Shown here piece by piece: positions 39,679 to 49,317 of a DNA stretch of 64,000 bases. The DNA comes from Planctomycetota bacterium (GTDB lineage Bacteria; Planctomycetota; UBA8108; SXIK01). How positions within the stretch are numbered: position 1 is the first letter of the stretch; the number at the start of each line of letters is the position of its first letter. The DNA is taken from NCBI GenBank assembly GCA_965223845.1, contig CBDCXR010000004.1, forward strand, positions 3,787,334 to 3,851,333, in the 5' to 3' direction. The position numbers were made by a program, and so were the translations under genes. Under the pieces are notes generated by a model. It saw only the letters and a list, made by a program, of their open reading frames with translations. It had not been told where the DNA came from and made no database searches.

Positions 39679-41146
39679 GCGAAGTCTCGCTCAACGATCC
39701 GCGGAGCTGGAGCTTCCGCCACACGTCCGGATGAAGAAGCGCCAGCACGGCGACGATTTCGAGACGTCCGACCCACATCGCGCCGGTGAGGACGAGCTTG
39801 CTCGCCGTGGGCAGGTCGGCAAAGTTCCCCATCGGTCCGACGCTCTGAAACCCCGGTCCGATGTTCCCGAGACACGCGAGCGATGCGGAAAACCCGGTGA
39901 CGAGATCGCTCCCGAAGAGGACGAGGACCGATCCAACGAGAAGATAGCCGAGGAGGTAGAGTCCCCAGAGTGTGACCACCGCGCGCAGAATCTCCGTGGG
40001 AATCGTCCGCTCGCCGTAGCGGATCGGCAACACCGCACGAGGGTGCAGCACTCGCGTGAGCTCGCTCCAAAAAAGCTTGAGCACGAGAAGGAGTCGAATC
40101 GCTTTCGCACCGCCCGCCGCAGATCCAGCGCAGCCTCCCACGAGCATCACGAGCACGAGCAGCACCTTCGCCGAGTCGCCCCAGAGAGCGTAATCCGCGC
40201 TCGCGTAGCCGGTGCTTGAGATCAAGCTCGCCGACTGAAAGAGCCCTAGGCGCACGCGCTCCGCCATCGACCCGCCATCGACGAGTGCGGCGACACCGAG
40301 ACCGCCAAAGACCGCGACACCGATGTAGAAGAGAAACTCGCCATCGCGAAAGACGACGCTCGGGCGCTGCGTGAACGCTCGGTACTGGAGTGTAAAGCTC
40401 GCTCCCGCCAGCAACATAAAGACGATGATAATCCACTCTGCGGCGGGATTCTGGTATCCCGCGATCGACTGCCCGTTCGGAGAGAATCCGCCGGCCGCGA
40501 GCGTCGTCAGGCTGTGGACGAACGCGTCGTAGGGCGACATCCCCGCGATGATGAGCGCAACCGTCTCGATGCCGGTGAGGATCGAGTAGAGCGCCCAGAG
40601 CCGCTGAGCGGTCGAGCGAATCTGCGGCGTGAGCGGCTCCGAAGCAGCGCCCGACGCCTCGGCGAAAAAGAGCTGGCGCCCGGCGATCCCGAGGCGCGGG
40701 AGAACCACGACGAAGAGCGCGATGACACCCAAGCCGCCGAACCACTGCGTCATCGCACGCCAGAGAAAAAACGCGCGCCCGTAGCGCGGATCATCGAAAT
40801 CCCGCAGGATCGTCGCGCCCGTCGTCGTGAATCCCGACATCGACTCGAAGAACGCATCGACGATCGGGAGACCGGAAAAGATGAAGGGCAGAGAGCCGAT
40901 GAGAGCGACGACGAGCCAGGTCCCCGAGACGACTCCCATCGCCTCGCTGCGGCGAAAGACGGAGACTCTACGGTAGCCGAGACTGAACAGAACGCCGATC
41001 GTCAACGCCGCGGCGAGTGCGATGGCAAACTGACCGACCGACGCCCACTCGCGATCGTACGCCGCGAGTAGCATCGGAAGGACGAAGGCGACGCTGAAGT
41101 AGCGAAGAAGGTGACCGATGACGCCGAGAACGAGGAGGATGCGCAC
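39665..41146 (-). CDS. trkH: Trk-type K+ uptake membrane subunit
   Basis: Four MPM repeats with selectivity-filter-like TTTG/STGY/AGGF/GNIGPG segments, downstream of trkA. Confidence 0.85.
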   Translation of the reverse strand: MRILLVLGVIGHLLRYFSVAFVLPMLLAAYDREWASVGQFAIALAAALTIGVLFSLGYRRVSVFRRSEAMGVVSGTWLVVALIGSLPFIFSGLPIVDAFFESMSGFTTTGATILRDFDDPRYGRAFFLWRAMTQWFGGLGVIALFVVVLPRLGIAGRQLFFAEASGAASEPLTPQIRSTAQRLWALYSILTGIETVALIIAGMSPYDAFVHSLTTLAAGGFSPNGQSIAGYQNPAAEWIIIVFMLLAGASFTLQYRAFTQRPSVVFRDGEFLFYIGVAVFGGLGVAALVDGGSMAERVRLGLFQSASLISSTGYASADYALWGDSAKVLLVLVMLVGGCAGSAAGGAKAIRLLLVLKLFWSELTRVLHPRAVLPIRYGERTIPTEILRAVVTLWGLYLLGYLLVGSVLVLFGSDLVTGFSASLACLGNIGPGFQSVGPMGNFADLPTASKLVLTGAMWVGRLEIVAVLALLHPDVWRKLQLRGSLSETSHARA

Positions 41147-41319
41147 GGCTAGAAGCTCGCTCCACGGGCGCCCCGGGCCGGACGCCGGTGGATCCGCCGC
41201 GACGGTCGTCGCTGCGCGCGCGCGCCATCGCGACGACTCGCGAGACGGAGCGAGCTCGACGTGGAGGGGACCGACCGTCGTTCAATGCGAATCGATGGGC
41301 TCACCGTGCTCACGACTCC

Positions 41320-42663
41320 TCACACCGTCCGACTCAGGAAGAAATTCCGCGCTTCTTCCTCGAACTCGCGCGTGCAAAAGAGAAGAACTCGATCGTCCGC
41401 GAGGATCTCGTCGCTTCCCTTCGGAATGATGACGTCGGCACCGCGAAGGATCGCGCCGACGATCACGAACTCCGGGACCTTCAGCGAAAAGAGCGGGGTC
41501 CCCGGATAGTCGCTCGGGAGTCGCACCTCGAGCACCATCGCGTCGCCGTGCTCGAGCTCGGCGAGAAGCTCCGTGCCGGAATCGGAGATGCACTTGAGCA
41601 CACTCCGGATCGCCGCGCCGCCCGCCGAACGCACGACGTCGATGCCGACGCGCTCGAACAGGCGCTCGTTCGCTTGCGAACCCGCGCGCGTGACGATTCG
41701 AGGCACGTTGAGCTGCTTCGCGAGCAACGAGACGAGGAGATTCTTCTCGTCGTTCGACATCACCGCGATGAGGACGCTGGCGTCCGCGATGCGCTCCTCT
41801 TCGAGGAGATCGATGTCGGCCCCGTCGCCGTGGAGGACGAGAGAATTGAGCACGCGAGCCACTTCTTCGCAGCGCGTGCGATCCGACTCGATCAACTTCA
41901 CCTGCCAGCCGGCGTCTTCCATTCCCAGCGCGACCGCCAATCCGACCTCGCCCCCGCCGACGACGGTCGCCCGGCGCGCATCGCGCGAGCCGTTCTCCGA
42001 TTTCAAGTATTTGAAGAGGAGCCGGTTCATGTCACCGGGGTTTCCCATCGCGGTGATCTTGTCGCCGGGCTGGAACTCCGTGTTGCCCTTCGGGATGAAG
42101 ATCTCGTCGCCCCGACGAGCCATCACGAGGACGACTCCGCTCGGCACTCCGACTTCCATGAGCCGTCCGCGCGTGACCGGAGCGCCCTCCTCGACGGCGT
42201 GCCGGAACAACTTGACCTTTCCGCCGACGAACGCCTCGACGTCGAGTGCACCCGGGACCGCGACGATCCGCAGGATCTCCTTCGCGAGTTGCTCCGCCGG
42301 CCGGAGCACGTGATCGATGCCGAGCGATTCTGCGAGCGCGGCCGCGCTCCCGACCGCGCCGTGAAAGTCCGATCGGAAGAGGAGGCAGATCGTTTTCTCC
42401 ACGCCGAGCCGCTTCGCGACCACGCAGGCGACGAGATTCTGCTCGTCGTGAGCCGAACACGCGATGAAGACGTCCGCGCTCGCGATCCTCGCGCGGTGGA
42501 GAGTCTCCGTCGACGAGATCAGCCCCGGGACCGTCTCGACATCGAGTCGATCGAATCTCCCGCCGCTTTCCTTCGACGTGACGAGGACGACGCCGTGGTC
42601 GGTCATCGTCGCCTCCGCGATGCGGAAGGCGATCTCGTCGTCTCCAGCGATGACGATATTCAT
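41320..42663 (-). CDS. trkA: Trk system NAD-binding regulatory subunit (two RCK/TrkA-N and TrkA-C domains)
   Basis: Two Rossmann motifs, MNIVIAGDDEIAF and ATVVGGGEVG, and two TrkA_C regions. Confidence 0.9.
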   Translation of the reverse strand: MNIVIAGDDEIAFRIAEATMTDHGVVLVTSKESGGRFDRLDVETVPGLISSTETLHRARIASADVFIACSAHDEQNLVACVVAKRLGVEKTICLLFRSDFHGAVGSAAALAESLGIDHVLRPAEQLAKEILRIVAVPGALDVEAFVGGKVKLFRHAVEEGAPVTRGRLMEVGVPSGVVLVMARRGDEIFIPKGNTEFQPGDKITAMGNPGDMNRLLFKYLKSENGSRDARRATVVGGGEVGLAVALGMEDAGWQVKLIESDRTRCEEVARVLNSLVLHGDGADIDLLEEERIADASVLIAVMSNDEKNLLVSLLAKQLNVPRIVTRAGSQANERLFERVGIDVVRSAGGAAIRSVLKCISDSGTELLAELEHGDAMVLEVRLPSDYPGTPLFSLKVPEFVIVGAILRGADVIIPKGSDEILADDRVLLFCTREFEEEARNFFLSRTV

Positions 42664-42932
42664 GGGCTACGAATGCGCACGGTCGGTGCTCGGACTCGGC
42701 GGCGGGTTCCCGAACGGTCGGCTCTCGTCGCCCGGCGGGAGCGAGCGAGGGCTCGGGTACACGTGGCCCGTCACGTTTTCGGAACAGAGACGGTAGGAGA
42801 CGTCCCAAACCCTGTCAAGCGCCCTCGGCTCACGCCGGACCCGAGCACGGGAGTCCCACCCTCCTTCTTCGGCGGCCGCCATCTGCTCGCTTGAACCGAT
42901 CGTCGGGTCTCACCGCTTCGAACCGCACCCGA

Positions 42933-44372
42933 TCAAGCGAGGAAGCCGAGAGGAGCGAAGTACCCGTCGCGATCGTCGGCCGCGAGACGCCCGTAGCCGG
43001 GAATGATCTCGCCGATCCTGGACGCCGGATCCCCGAGATGTTGCGTGAGGATCTCGTGGTAGACCGCGCGAAAATCCGTGCGGTGCGCCAGATACCGGCC
43101 GTTTGCGGTGGAGAAGAGATCGCCGTTCTCCCAGCGGTCCGGAGAACAGTTGTAGACGCCCCCGCGCACTCCGCCTCCGAGGGCGAACAGACAGGCGGCC
43201 TCGCCGTGATCGGTCCCCCCGTTCGCGTTCTGGAGCGATGTGCGGCCGAATTCCGTCAGGGTGACGATCAGGACGTCGTTCCAGATCGGCTTCAAGTCGA
43301 AGTAGAGCGCCGTGAGCGCCGCGCCGAGATCGCGAAGAAGTCGAGGAAACGCGGTGACCTGATTCCCGTGCGTATCGTAGTTCCCTTGGTTGCAGCCCGT
43401 GATCTGCAGTCCGTCGACCTGCTTGAGGAGCCGCGCGCAGTCCGCTACGAATCCCGCAAACGCTCGGTCGCTGATGGCAGCGTAGTGCGGCACGGCGTTC
43501 GGCTCCGGATCGTACGGCGCCTCGCGGACGTGAGTCTCGAAGAACTCGAGACTCTCGAGCAGGGTACGCCCGGTCGAGTAGGCGAGCGTCTCGTATGGGA
43601 TCGTCCGCGTAAGACTTCGACCGTACGCGCCCTTGAGGCCGGATCCGATCGGCGGCGCAGCGTTCGGAAACTCGCCGAGCGGCACTCCGGCGGGGAGGGC
43701 GTAGTCGGCGACGGAGCGCAAGACCGGAACGAGGGTCGGTCCCTTCATGAGAACGACTTGGTTGCCGCTGAGTGTCGCGGCGCGCATCGGGTTCGCAGGA
43801 TCAGGATACGCCGTCAGGTAGCGGTTGAACACGCCGTCCTCGCGTGTCGTCTCGCCCGGGAGGCCATTCTCCCAAAACTGCTGGCTCGAAAAGTGCGAGC
43901 GGTTCTGCTCGGCGTAGCCGACGCGGTGAAGAACAGCGAGCTGCGGCCCGCGTTCGTCGAGCCGACCATGAAAGATATCAGCGAGCCGCGGTGCGCCGTC
44001 GCCCGACTCATCGACCGTCGGGTAGAAGTGAGCGAATCCGTTGAGATCGTGCGTCCGCGCCCGGTCCGGACGGAGCTGTGGACGTGCCTCCTCGAACGTC
44101 GGCGCACGCCCGGAGATCCCGGGGTCGCCGTAAGGAATCACCGCCTGGACGCCGTCGAGTCCTCCGCGAAGGAAGATGAAGAGGATCTTCTTCCGCCTCC
44201 CGGCGGGATCGACCGCCGCTGGCTCGCCCGCAAGAGCCGTACCGATCGTCCGGTGAAAAGGCGCCGGAACGCCGAAGCCCAACGCGGCGAGAGACGCCGC
44301 ACTCCAGCGGCAGAATCTGCGCCGACCGAATCGACGAAGCGGATTCCAGATTCGTTCTTCAGATGAATTCAT
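42933..44372 (-). CDS. DUF1501 domain protein (sulfatase-like, TAT-exported)
   Basis: Twin-arginine signal RRFGRRRFCRWSAASLAALGF and conserved DUF1501 regions (FLRGG.DG, GG.DHG). ATGA overlap with the DUF1800 gene stop at 44369-44372. Confidence 0.85.
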   Translation of the reverse strand: MNSSEERIWNPLRRFGRRRFCRWSAASLAALGFGVPAPFHRTIGTALAGEPAAVDPAGRRKKILFIFLRGGLDGVQAVIPYGDPGISGRAPTFEEARPQLRPDRARTHDLNGFAHFYPTVDESGDGAPRLADIFHGRLDERGPQLAVLHRVGYAEQNRSHFSSQQFWENGLPGETTREDGVFNRYLTAYPDPANPMRAATLSGNQVVLMKGPTLVPVLRSVADYALPAGVPLGEFPNAAPPIGSGLKGAYGRSLTRTIPYETLAYSTGRTLLESLEFFETHVREAPYDPEPNAVPHYAAISDRAFAGFVADCARLLKQVDGLQITGCNQGNYDTHGNQVTAFPRLLRDLGAALTALYFDLKPIWNDVLIVTLTEFGRTSLQNANGGTDHGEAACLFALGGGVRGGVYNCSPDRWENGDLFSTANGRYLAHRTDFRAVYHEILTQHLGDPASRIGEIIPGYGRLAADDRDGYFAPLGFLA

Positions 44373-46798
44373 TGGAGCTGAAATTGAGGCAAACTAGCGA
44401 GGAATGCGGTCACGGCGCGGACGCGATCGACGGCTCCCGCTTCGCGGTAGATCTCGAGCGCGAGCTCGCGATGCTCGACGGGGAGGGCTTGGCCGTGGAG
44501 GAGGAGCGCGAAAAACTCGACCACTCGCTCCCCGCTGTCGAGCGCCCACTGCCGCTGAAACGAGAGCGGATTCCACACGAACCGCCGATCGGCCGGAGAC
44601 CCGGGGTGGATTCCGCGGCTGAGATACTTGAGCCGCTCGAGGAGTCCGATCGTGTGCATCCAGTCGAAGCCGAGCTCCGACTCCCCCGTCGGATCGGCGA
44701 ACTCGAAGAGCTCCATTCCCGCGAGAGTGAGCTCTCGCGACGCGCGAATTCCGTCGTTGACGCTCAAGCCTCCGTCTAGCGCCCGTACCGCGCTCACAAT
44801 CGTCTCGAGCGGTGTCTTTACCTTGGCGCAGGCGTACTCGAGGCTCAGGAACTCGTCCGAGCGAAGGATCGTCCGCACGACCTCGCGCAAGTCTCCGTTC
44901 GAGTGCGCCCACGCGTCGATGACGTCGACGAGAAGATCCGGCTCTTGGTACTCGCGCGGAGAGATTCGCTCGTCCGCGTTCGTGTCGAGTCGGCGAAAGA
45001 CCGCGAGCGGTCTCCCATTCGGAAGAACGAGCGGGATCGGCATCTCCCACTCGTCGAGATCGAGCAATCCGTCACCATCGGAATCGACGCTCTCGAAGTG
45101 CGCAGCGAGCTCGGCGCGGAGAGGGTATGTGCGAGGAAGAGCGGAAAGATCGTCCGTCACGAAGAGCTGGATCAGCTTCGTTCCGACGAACTTCGCCGTG
45201 TCGCGGAAATGCGCGATTCGTCGCAAGACGAGGTCGAACTCCTCGACCGCCCGCTCCGGCGTCCGCTGATCTTCGTTGGCGGGAATCGTGAGCGCCGCCC
45301 GCGGCGGAACGGGGTTCCCGAGCGAGTCGACGCCCCCGTAGCGCGGGAGGAACAGATCTTTTCGCCCCCAATCGTGGCCGCCGTCTCGGAGTCCGGGATG
45401 GCCGAACGCGAAGGCCCACACGTACGTCCCGTCGTCCCAATTCGCCCGCGCCGGGAAGGCAAACGGCCGAGGCTCGCGCCCATCGATCGGGAATCGCGGG
45501 AGGTCGGGCTGGTCGTGAAAGCCGATGTCGTGCGGAAAAAAATGCCGCCGCTCGACCCACGCGACCGTCCAGCCCGTAAGGATGCGCGAGAGCTCCTCGA
45601 TGTCGCGCTGAGTGTACAGATGGTCCACGCCGAGCGTCGACAGCTCAAGCACTTCGCGCGCGTAGTTCTCATTCGGGGCTGCGGCGGTATTCTCGAAGCC
45701 GTTCAAGTAGATGAGCATCGCAACGCTCTTCGCCGAACCTTCGACGAGATCCGCAAAGCTCCCGAGCGCGTGACGCCGAAAGTACTCGTACTCTCGGCGC
45801 TCCATGTCCGCGGCGACAGCGAGCTGAGCGGCGCCGGTTCCGTACTTCCAGTACGCGACCGGAGCGAACTCGAACTCGGCGGGACTCAGCGTGCCGTCGG
45901 CCGTCGAGCGACCGAACTCCGCGAAGCTACGCACACCGGGATGCGCCGCGCGAAACTCACTCCACTCGCCGGCGTCGATCGTGCCGGAGCCGTCGCCATC
46001 GACGTGCCGAAACAGCTCCGCCGAACCGCGCGCGGCGACCCCCCCGCGTCGCATCCGTCCAAAAAAGAGGTCGCGGAGGGTCGTGATCTGAGTGTGAAAG
46101 TGGTTGTTCCAAAACAGCGCGAGGACGTGGAGCAGCTGCCACCGGCTCGAACGCGCGTTTTCGATCAGCATCGCTTCGAGGCGCTCGATGGGCGCGCCCG
46201 ACACCGGATCGCGAAAGCCGATGCGGAGACGATCGATGCGCTGCGCGAGCTCGGGTTCGTGGCCGACCGGATCGTAGTCGACCGGGGGGCGCAGCTGATC
46301 CTCGATATACCGCTCGAGATCGGCGCGCGTTTGAATCCGGGCGAGCAACTCCTCGTTTGGGCCGAACGTGATTCTTCTCAGTGCATGAGCGATGAGCGCG
46401 GTGTCGTCCGGGCACAGCTCGTACTTCGAGCAGCCTAGGTACCCAGAGTTGCGATCGACGCCGCAGGCGACCGGCCCCGGAGGAGCGGGCGGTGGCAGGT
46501 CGCCGAAGAGATGGCCGAGGAGATAGAGCGCATCGGAAATGTCGACGCCATCGTCGTCGTTCGCGTTGGCGGCTTCGACGCACGTCCCGCGACGGCTCTC
46601 CGCGAAGAGTGCGTTCAACACGAAGATCGGATCGGCGACGTTGACCGCACCGTCTGCGTTGGCGTCGCCGCGGCGAAACTGAACCCGGCGAACGAAGGAA
46701 TCTCCGAGCGTCGCGACCAACGGAAGGAGCGTCAAGCAGGTGACGCGCGCCGCGACCGCCAACCCTCCCCCGAACATCCTCTGTCGCTGCTCGCGCAT
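44369..46798 (-). CDS. DUF1800 domain protein with an N-terminal dockerin-like double Ca-binding repeat
   Basis: DUF1800 signature NENYAREVLELSTLGVDHLYTQRDIEELSRILTGWT. The N-terminus has RGDANADGAVNVADPIFVLNALF...ANDDDGVDISDALYLLGHLF followed by PPPAPPGPVACG. Start at MREQRQRMFGGGLAVAARVTCLTLLPLVA. Confidence 0.8.
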   Translation of the reverse strand: MREQRQRMFGGGLAVAARVTCLTLLPLVATLGDSFVRRVQFRRGDANADGAVNVADPIFVLNALFAESRRGTCVEAANANDDDGVDISDALYLLGHLFGDLPPPAPPGPVACGVDRNSGYLGCSKYELCPDDTALIAHALRRITFGPNEELLARIQTRADLERYIEDQLRPPVDYDPVGHEPELAQRIDRLRIGFRDPVSGAPIERLEAMLIENARSSRWQLLHVLALFWNNHFHTQITTLRDLFFGRMRRGGVAARGSAELFRHVDGDGSGTIDAGEWSEFRAAHPGVRSFAEFGRSTADGTLSPAEFEFAPVAYWKYGTGAAQLAVAADMERREYEYFRRHALGSFADLVEGSAKSVAMLIYLNGFENTAAAPNENYAREVLELSTLGVDHLYTQRDIEELSRILTGWTVAWVERRHFFPHDIGFHDQPDLPRFPIDGREPRPFAFPARANWDDGTYVWAFAFGHPGLRDGGHDWGRKDLFLPRYGGVDSLGNPVPPRAALTIPANEDQRTPERAVEEFDLVLRRIAHFRDTAKFVGTKLIQLFVTDDLSALPRTYPLRAELAAHFESVDSDGDGLLDLDEWEMPIPLVLPNGRPLAVFRRLDTNADERISPREYQEPDLLVDVIDAWAHSNGDLREVVRTILRSDEFLSLEYACAKVKTPLETIVSAVRALDGGLSVNDGIRASRELTLAGMELFEFADPTGESELGFDWMHTIGLLERLKYLSRGIHPGSPADRRFVWNPLSFQRQWALDSGERVVEFFALLLHGQALPVEHRELALEIYREAGAVDRVRAVTAFLASLPQFQLQ

Positions 46799-46975
46799 TC
46801 GAGTTTCGTCTCTCGCTTCGCCGGCCGATGGCACCGGTGATCTAACCGCGCATCCTCCGTCTTTCTTGTACCCGAGAACGATCTCTCGTGCGCCTCCGAA
46901 CCGCGCGCGACCTTGGCTCGGGTCGGAACTCGTGAGACGATGGCGAGAACGAAACGGCTCCGAGTTCCATCGACA

Positions 46976-48526
46976 ATGCGCTTCACCCTCGCGTTCTGCG
47001 CTCTAACTCTGGTCGTCGCGTTCTCGTCCATCGCGCGAGCCGAAGACTTCGTTCGCGGTGATGGGAACGGCGACGCGGCGGTCGACATCGCCGATCCGGT
47101 TTTCGTCTTTCTCGCCCTCTTCGGCAGCGAAGGTCCTCTACCCTGCGCCGACGCGGCGGACGCCAACGACGACGGCGCTGTCGACGTCGCGGACGTCGCC
47201 TATCTCCTCAACTATCTCTTCGGCGACGGGACCGCCCCGCCGCCGCCGGGTGACGGCCCATGCGGAGGCGTCGACCCGACGCTCGACGAGCTCGCGTGTT
47301 CGGAGCCGCTCGAACCGCCGCTCGCGAGCGGACCACCGAGGCTCCGCTGGACGGCGACGTACGCGCCGGCACGGGGACTGGAGCAGCGAACTCGGCTCCC
47401 TCTTTCGACGGAAAGCGACGACACGGTCCGCGCCGACCTCGGCGTCGCGTTTTCCCTGCTTCTCGAGGCTTCGGCACATCCGGACGGCCGCGCGCCCGTC
47501 GAGATTCTGCTCGACCCTCACACTGTCGATCCGGAAGTCCTCGCCGTACGCTGCGATCGCGATCTCCTCTCGCCCGAGGGGATCGTCCCGGCCGGCACCA
47601 ATCTCGCCCCGTGGTTCTCACGCGAGACCGAGGGCTGGATCGACCCGATCTACCTCACCCAGGAGGTCGCGCTCCGGGTCGATCGCCTCACCTCGGTAGG
47701 ACCGATCGATCCGGGTCGCCACGTGTTCACAGCGGAAGCGGTCGACACCGCTTGCGCTCGTGCGTCTCCTGCTGCGATCGCGATCGAGATCGTACCGTCG
47801 CTCGCCCCGCGGATCTCCATCGCCGCGATCGACGAGACCGGAGCTCCGCACCCCCACCACGCGGGGAGCGGCAACCTTCGCGTTTCGCCCGGAGCGGACG
47901 ACATCCTCCTCGAGATCGATGCCACCCCGAACGCCGCCGTTGAGGACGCGCCCATCGACGCGGAGAGTCTACACGTCTCGTCCTCGCCGCCGGTGGACGG
48001 CGCGGCCGATCTCACGGAACGATTCGAGCGCGTCGCACCGACTCTCTGCCGATGGCGGGGCCGCGTCCCCGTGCGCGAGCTCACGCCCGGGAACACGACG
48101 ATCACGGTTTCGCTTCGGTCGGCGAATGACGCCGCGGCGAGCAGCGTCCTCTTCACGATCGAGCTCGAGGTGTCGTACGCCCGCGACGTCCAGTCGATTT
48201 GGAACGCCAACTGCTCCGGCTGCCACGAGGGGCCGAACGCGGCGCGCGGACTCGAGCTCGTCGCGCCCGGAGAAGACCCGGAGGAAATTCGGCGCTCCTT
48301 CGTCAACGTGTTCGCTGCGGGGCCGTCGATCGAATCGGTCGCGCCGGTTCACGTCCGCCCGTTCTTTCCGCGCCGGAGCTACCTCTTTCACAAGCTCGAG
48401 GGCACGCACCTCGACGAGCCCGTCCGCGGCAGCGGCGAACGCATGCCGGCGGACGGTCCGCCGTACTTGAGTGAGGCTGCCATCCACACGGTCCGGAGCT
48501 GGATCGTCCAGGGCGCCGCTCCGTAA
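46976..48526 (+). CDS. Secreted protein with an N-terminal dockerin-like double repeat and a C-terminal PSCyt1-type (Planctomycete cytochrome c) heme-binding domain
   Basis: Signal peptide MRFTLAFCALTLVVAFSSIARA. Dockerin-like VRGDGNGDAAVDIADPVFVFLALF...DANDDGAVDVADVAYLLNYLF followed by PPPPGDGPCGG. C-terminal VQSIWNANCSGCHEG...MPADGPPYLSEAAIHTVRSWIVQGA carries CxxCH. Confidence 0.7.
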   Translation: MRFTLAFCALTLVVAFSSIARAEDFVRGDGNGDAAVDIADPVFVFLALFGSEGPLPCADAADANDDGAVDVADVAYLLNYLFGDGTAPPPPGDGPCGGVDPTLDELACSEPLEPPLASGPPRLRWTATYAPARGLEQRTRLPLSTESDDTVRADLGVAFSLLLEASAHPDGRAPVEILLDPHTVDPEVLAVRCDRDLLSPEGIVPAGTNLAPWFSRETEGWIDPIYLTQEVALRVDRLTSVGPIDPGRHVFTAEAVDTACARASPAAIAIEIVPSLAPRISIAAIDETGAPHPHHAGSGNLRVSPGADDILLEIDATPNAAVEDAPIDAESLHVSSSPPVDGAADLTERFERVAPTLCRWRGRVPVRELTPGNTTITVSLRSANDAAASSVLFTIELEVSYARDVQSIWNANCSGCHEGPNAARGLELVAPGEDPEEIRRSFVNVFAAGPSIESVAPVHVRPFFPRRSYLFHKLEGTHLDEPVRGSGERMPADGPPYLSEAAIHTVRSWIVQGAAP

Positions 48527-48705
48527 CGGTCGCTGGCGATCGCAGAGCTCGAATCCACCGGGACGCCGAGCAGAATCCGCAGTGACACGGATCTCGGGTA
48601 GGATCTGAAAGAGTAAGCGAGCAGAACTCCGCCGCGATTCGACCCGGAGAGTCCGCCTGCTCGCGGTGCGTCACGCGACTTCAACCAAGTTCATTCTCCG
48701 AGGAG

Positions 48706-49281
48706 TTGACCATGCGCCGAAAAACGTGGCTCGGCGGTGTGCTCTCTGTGCTCGCCCTCACGCTTCTCATCTCGCCCGACGGCCGCGCTCGTTCCCAGTC
48801 GGGGGACGCGGGTGACGACGGCCCGAAGAAACCCGAGACCGCGACCGTCGACCGCGCCGCGCTCGAAGCAGAGTTCGCCAAGACGCTCGAAAACGCCGTC
48901 CTCGTCGGCAAATTTCGGCTGATCTCGAACGACGAGATCGGCGACGAGAAGCCCGAGCGCTACGAGATTCGGTCGGCGAAGAAGCTCGCGGGCGATCGCT
49001 GGATCATCACCGCTCGCGTCAAGTACGGCACGCTCGACGTCGAGTTTCCGTTCCCGGTCGACGTCGTGTGGGCCGGCGATACACCGATCATCTCTGTCAC
49101 CGACGTGCGCTTTCTCACGTACGGTCCGTACACCGCTCGCGTCATGGTCTACCGCGGACTCTACACCGGAACCTGGTTCGGTCCCGGTCACGGCGGACTC
49201 ATGAGCGGCCGCGTCGAACGCGCCGCAGCGGACGCGAAGGACGCGAAAGACGCAGAACGCGCCGAGCCGAAATCGGAGTAG
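48706..49281 (+). CDS. Secreted hypothetical protein
   Basis: Signal peptide MRRKTWLGGVLSVLALTLLISP and normal amino-acid composition. I do not recognise a family. Confidence 0.6.
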   Translation: MTMRRKTWLGGVLSVLALTLLISPDGRARSQSGDAGDDGPKKPETATVDRAALEAEFAKTLENAVLVGKFRLISNDEIGDEKPERYEIRSAKKLAGDRWIITARVKYGTLDVEFPFPVDVVWAGDTPIISVTDVRFLTYGPYTARVMVYRGLYTGTWFGPGHGGLMSGRVERAAADAKDAKDAERAEPKSE

Positions 49282-49317
49282 GCTCCTCGTCCGAACGCGA
49301 GATCACGGACCGATGAC

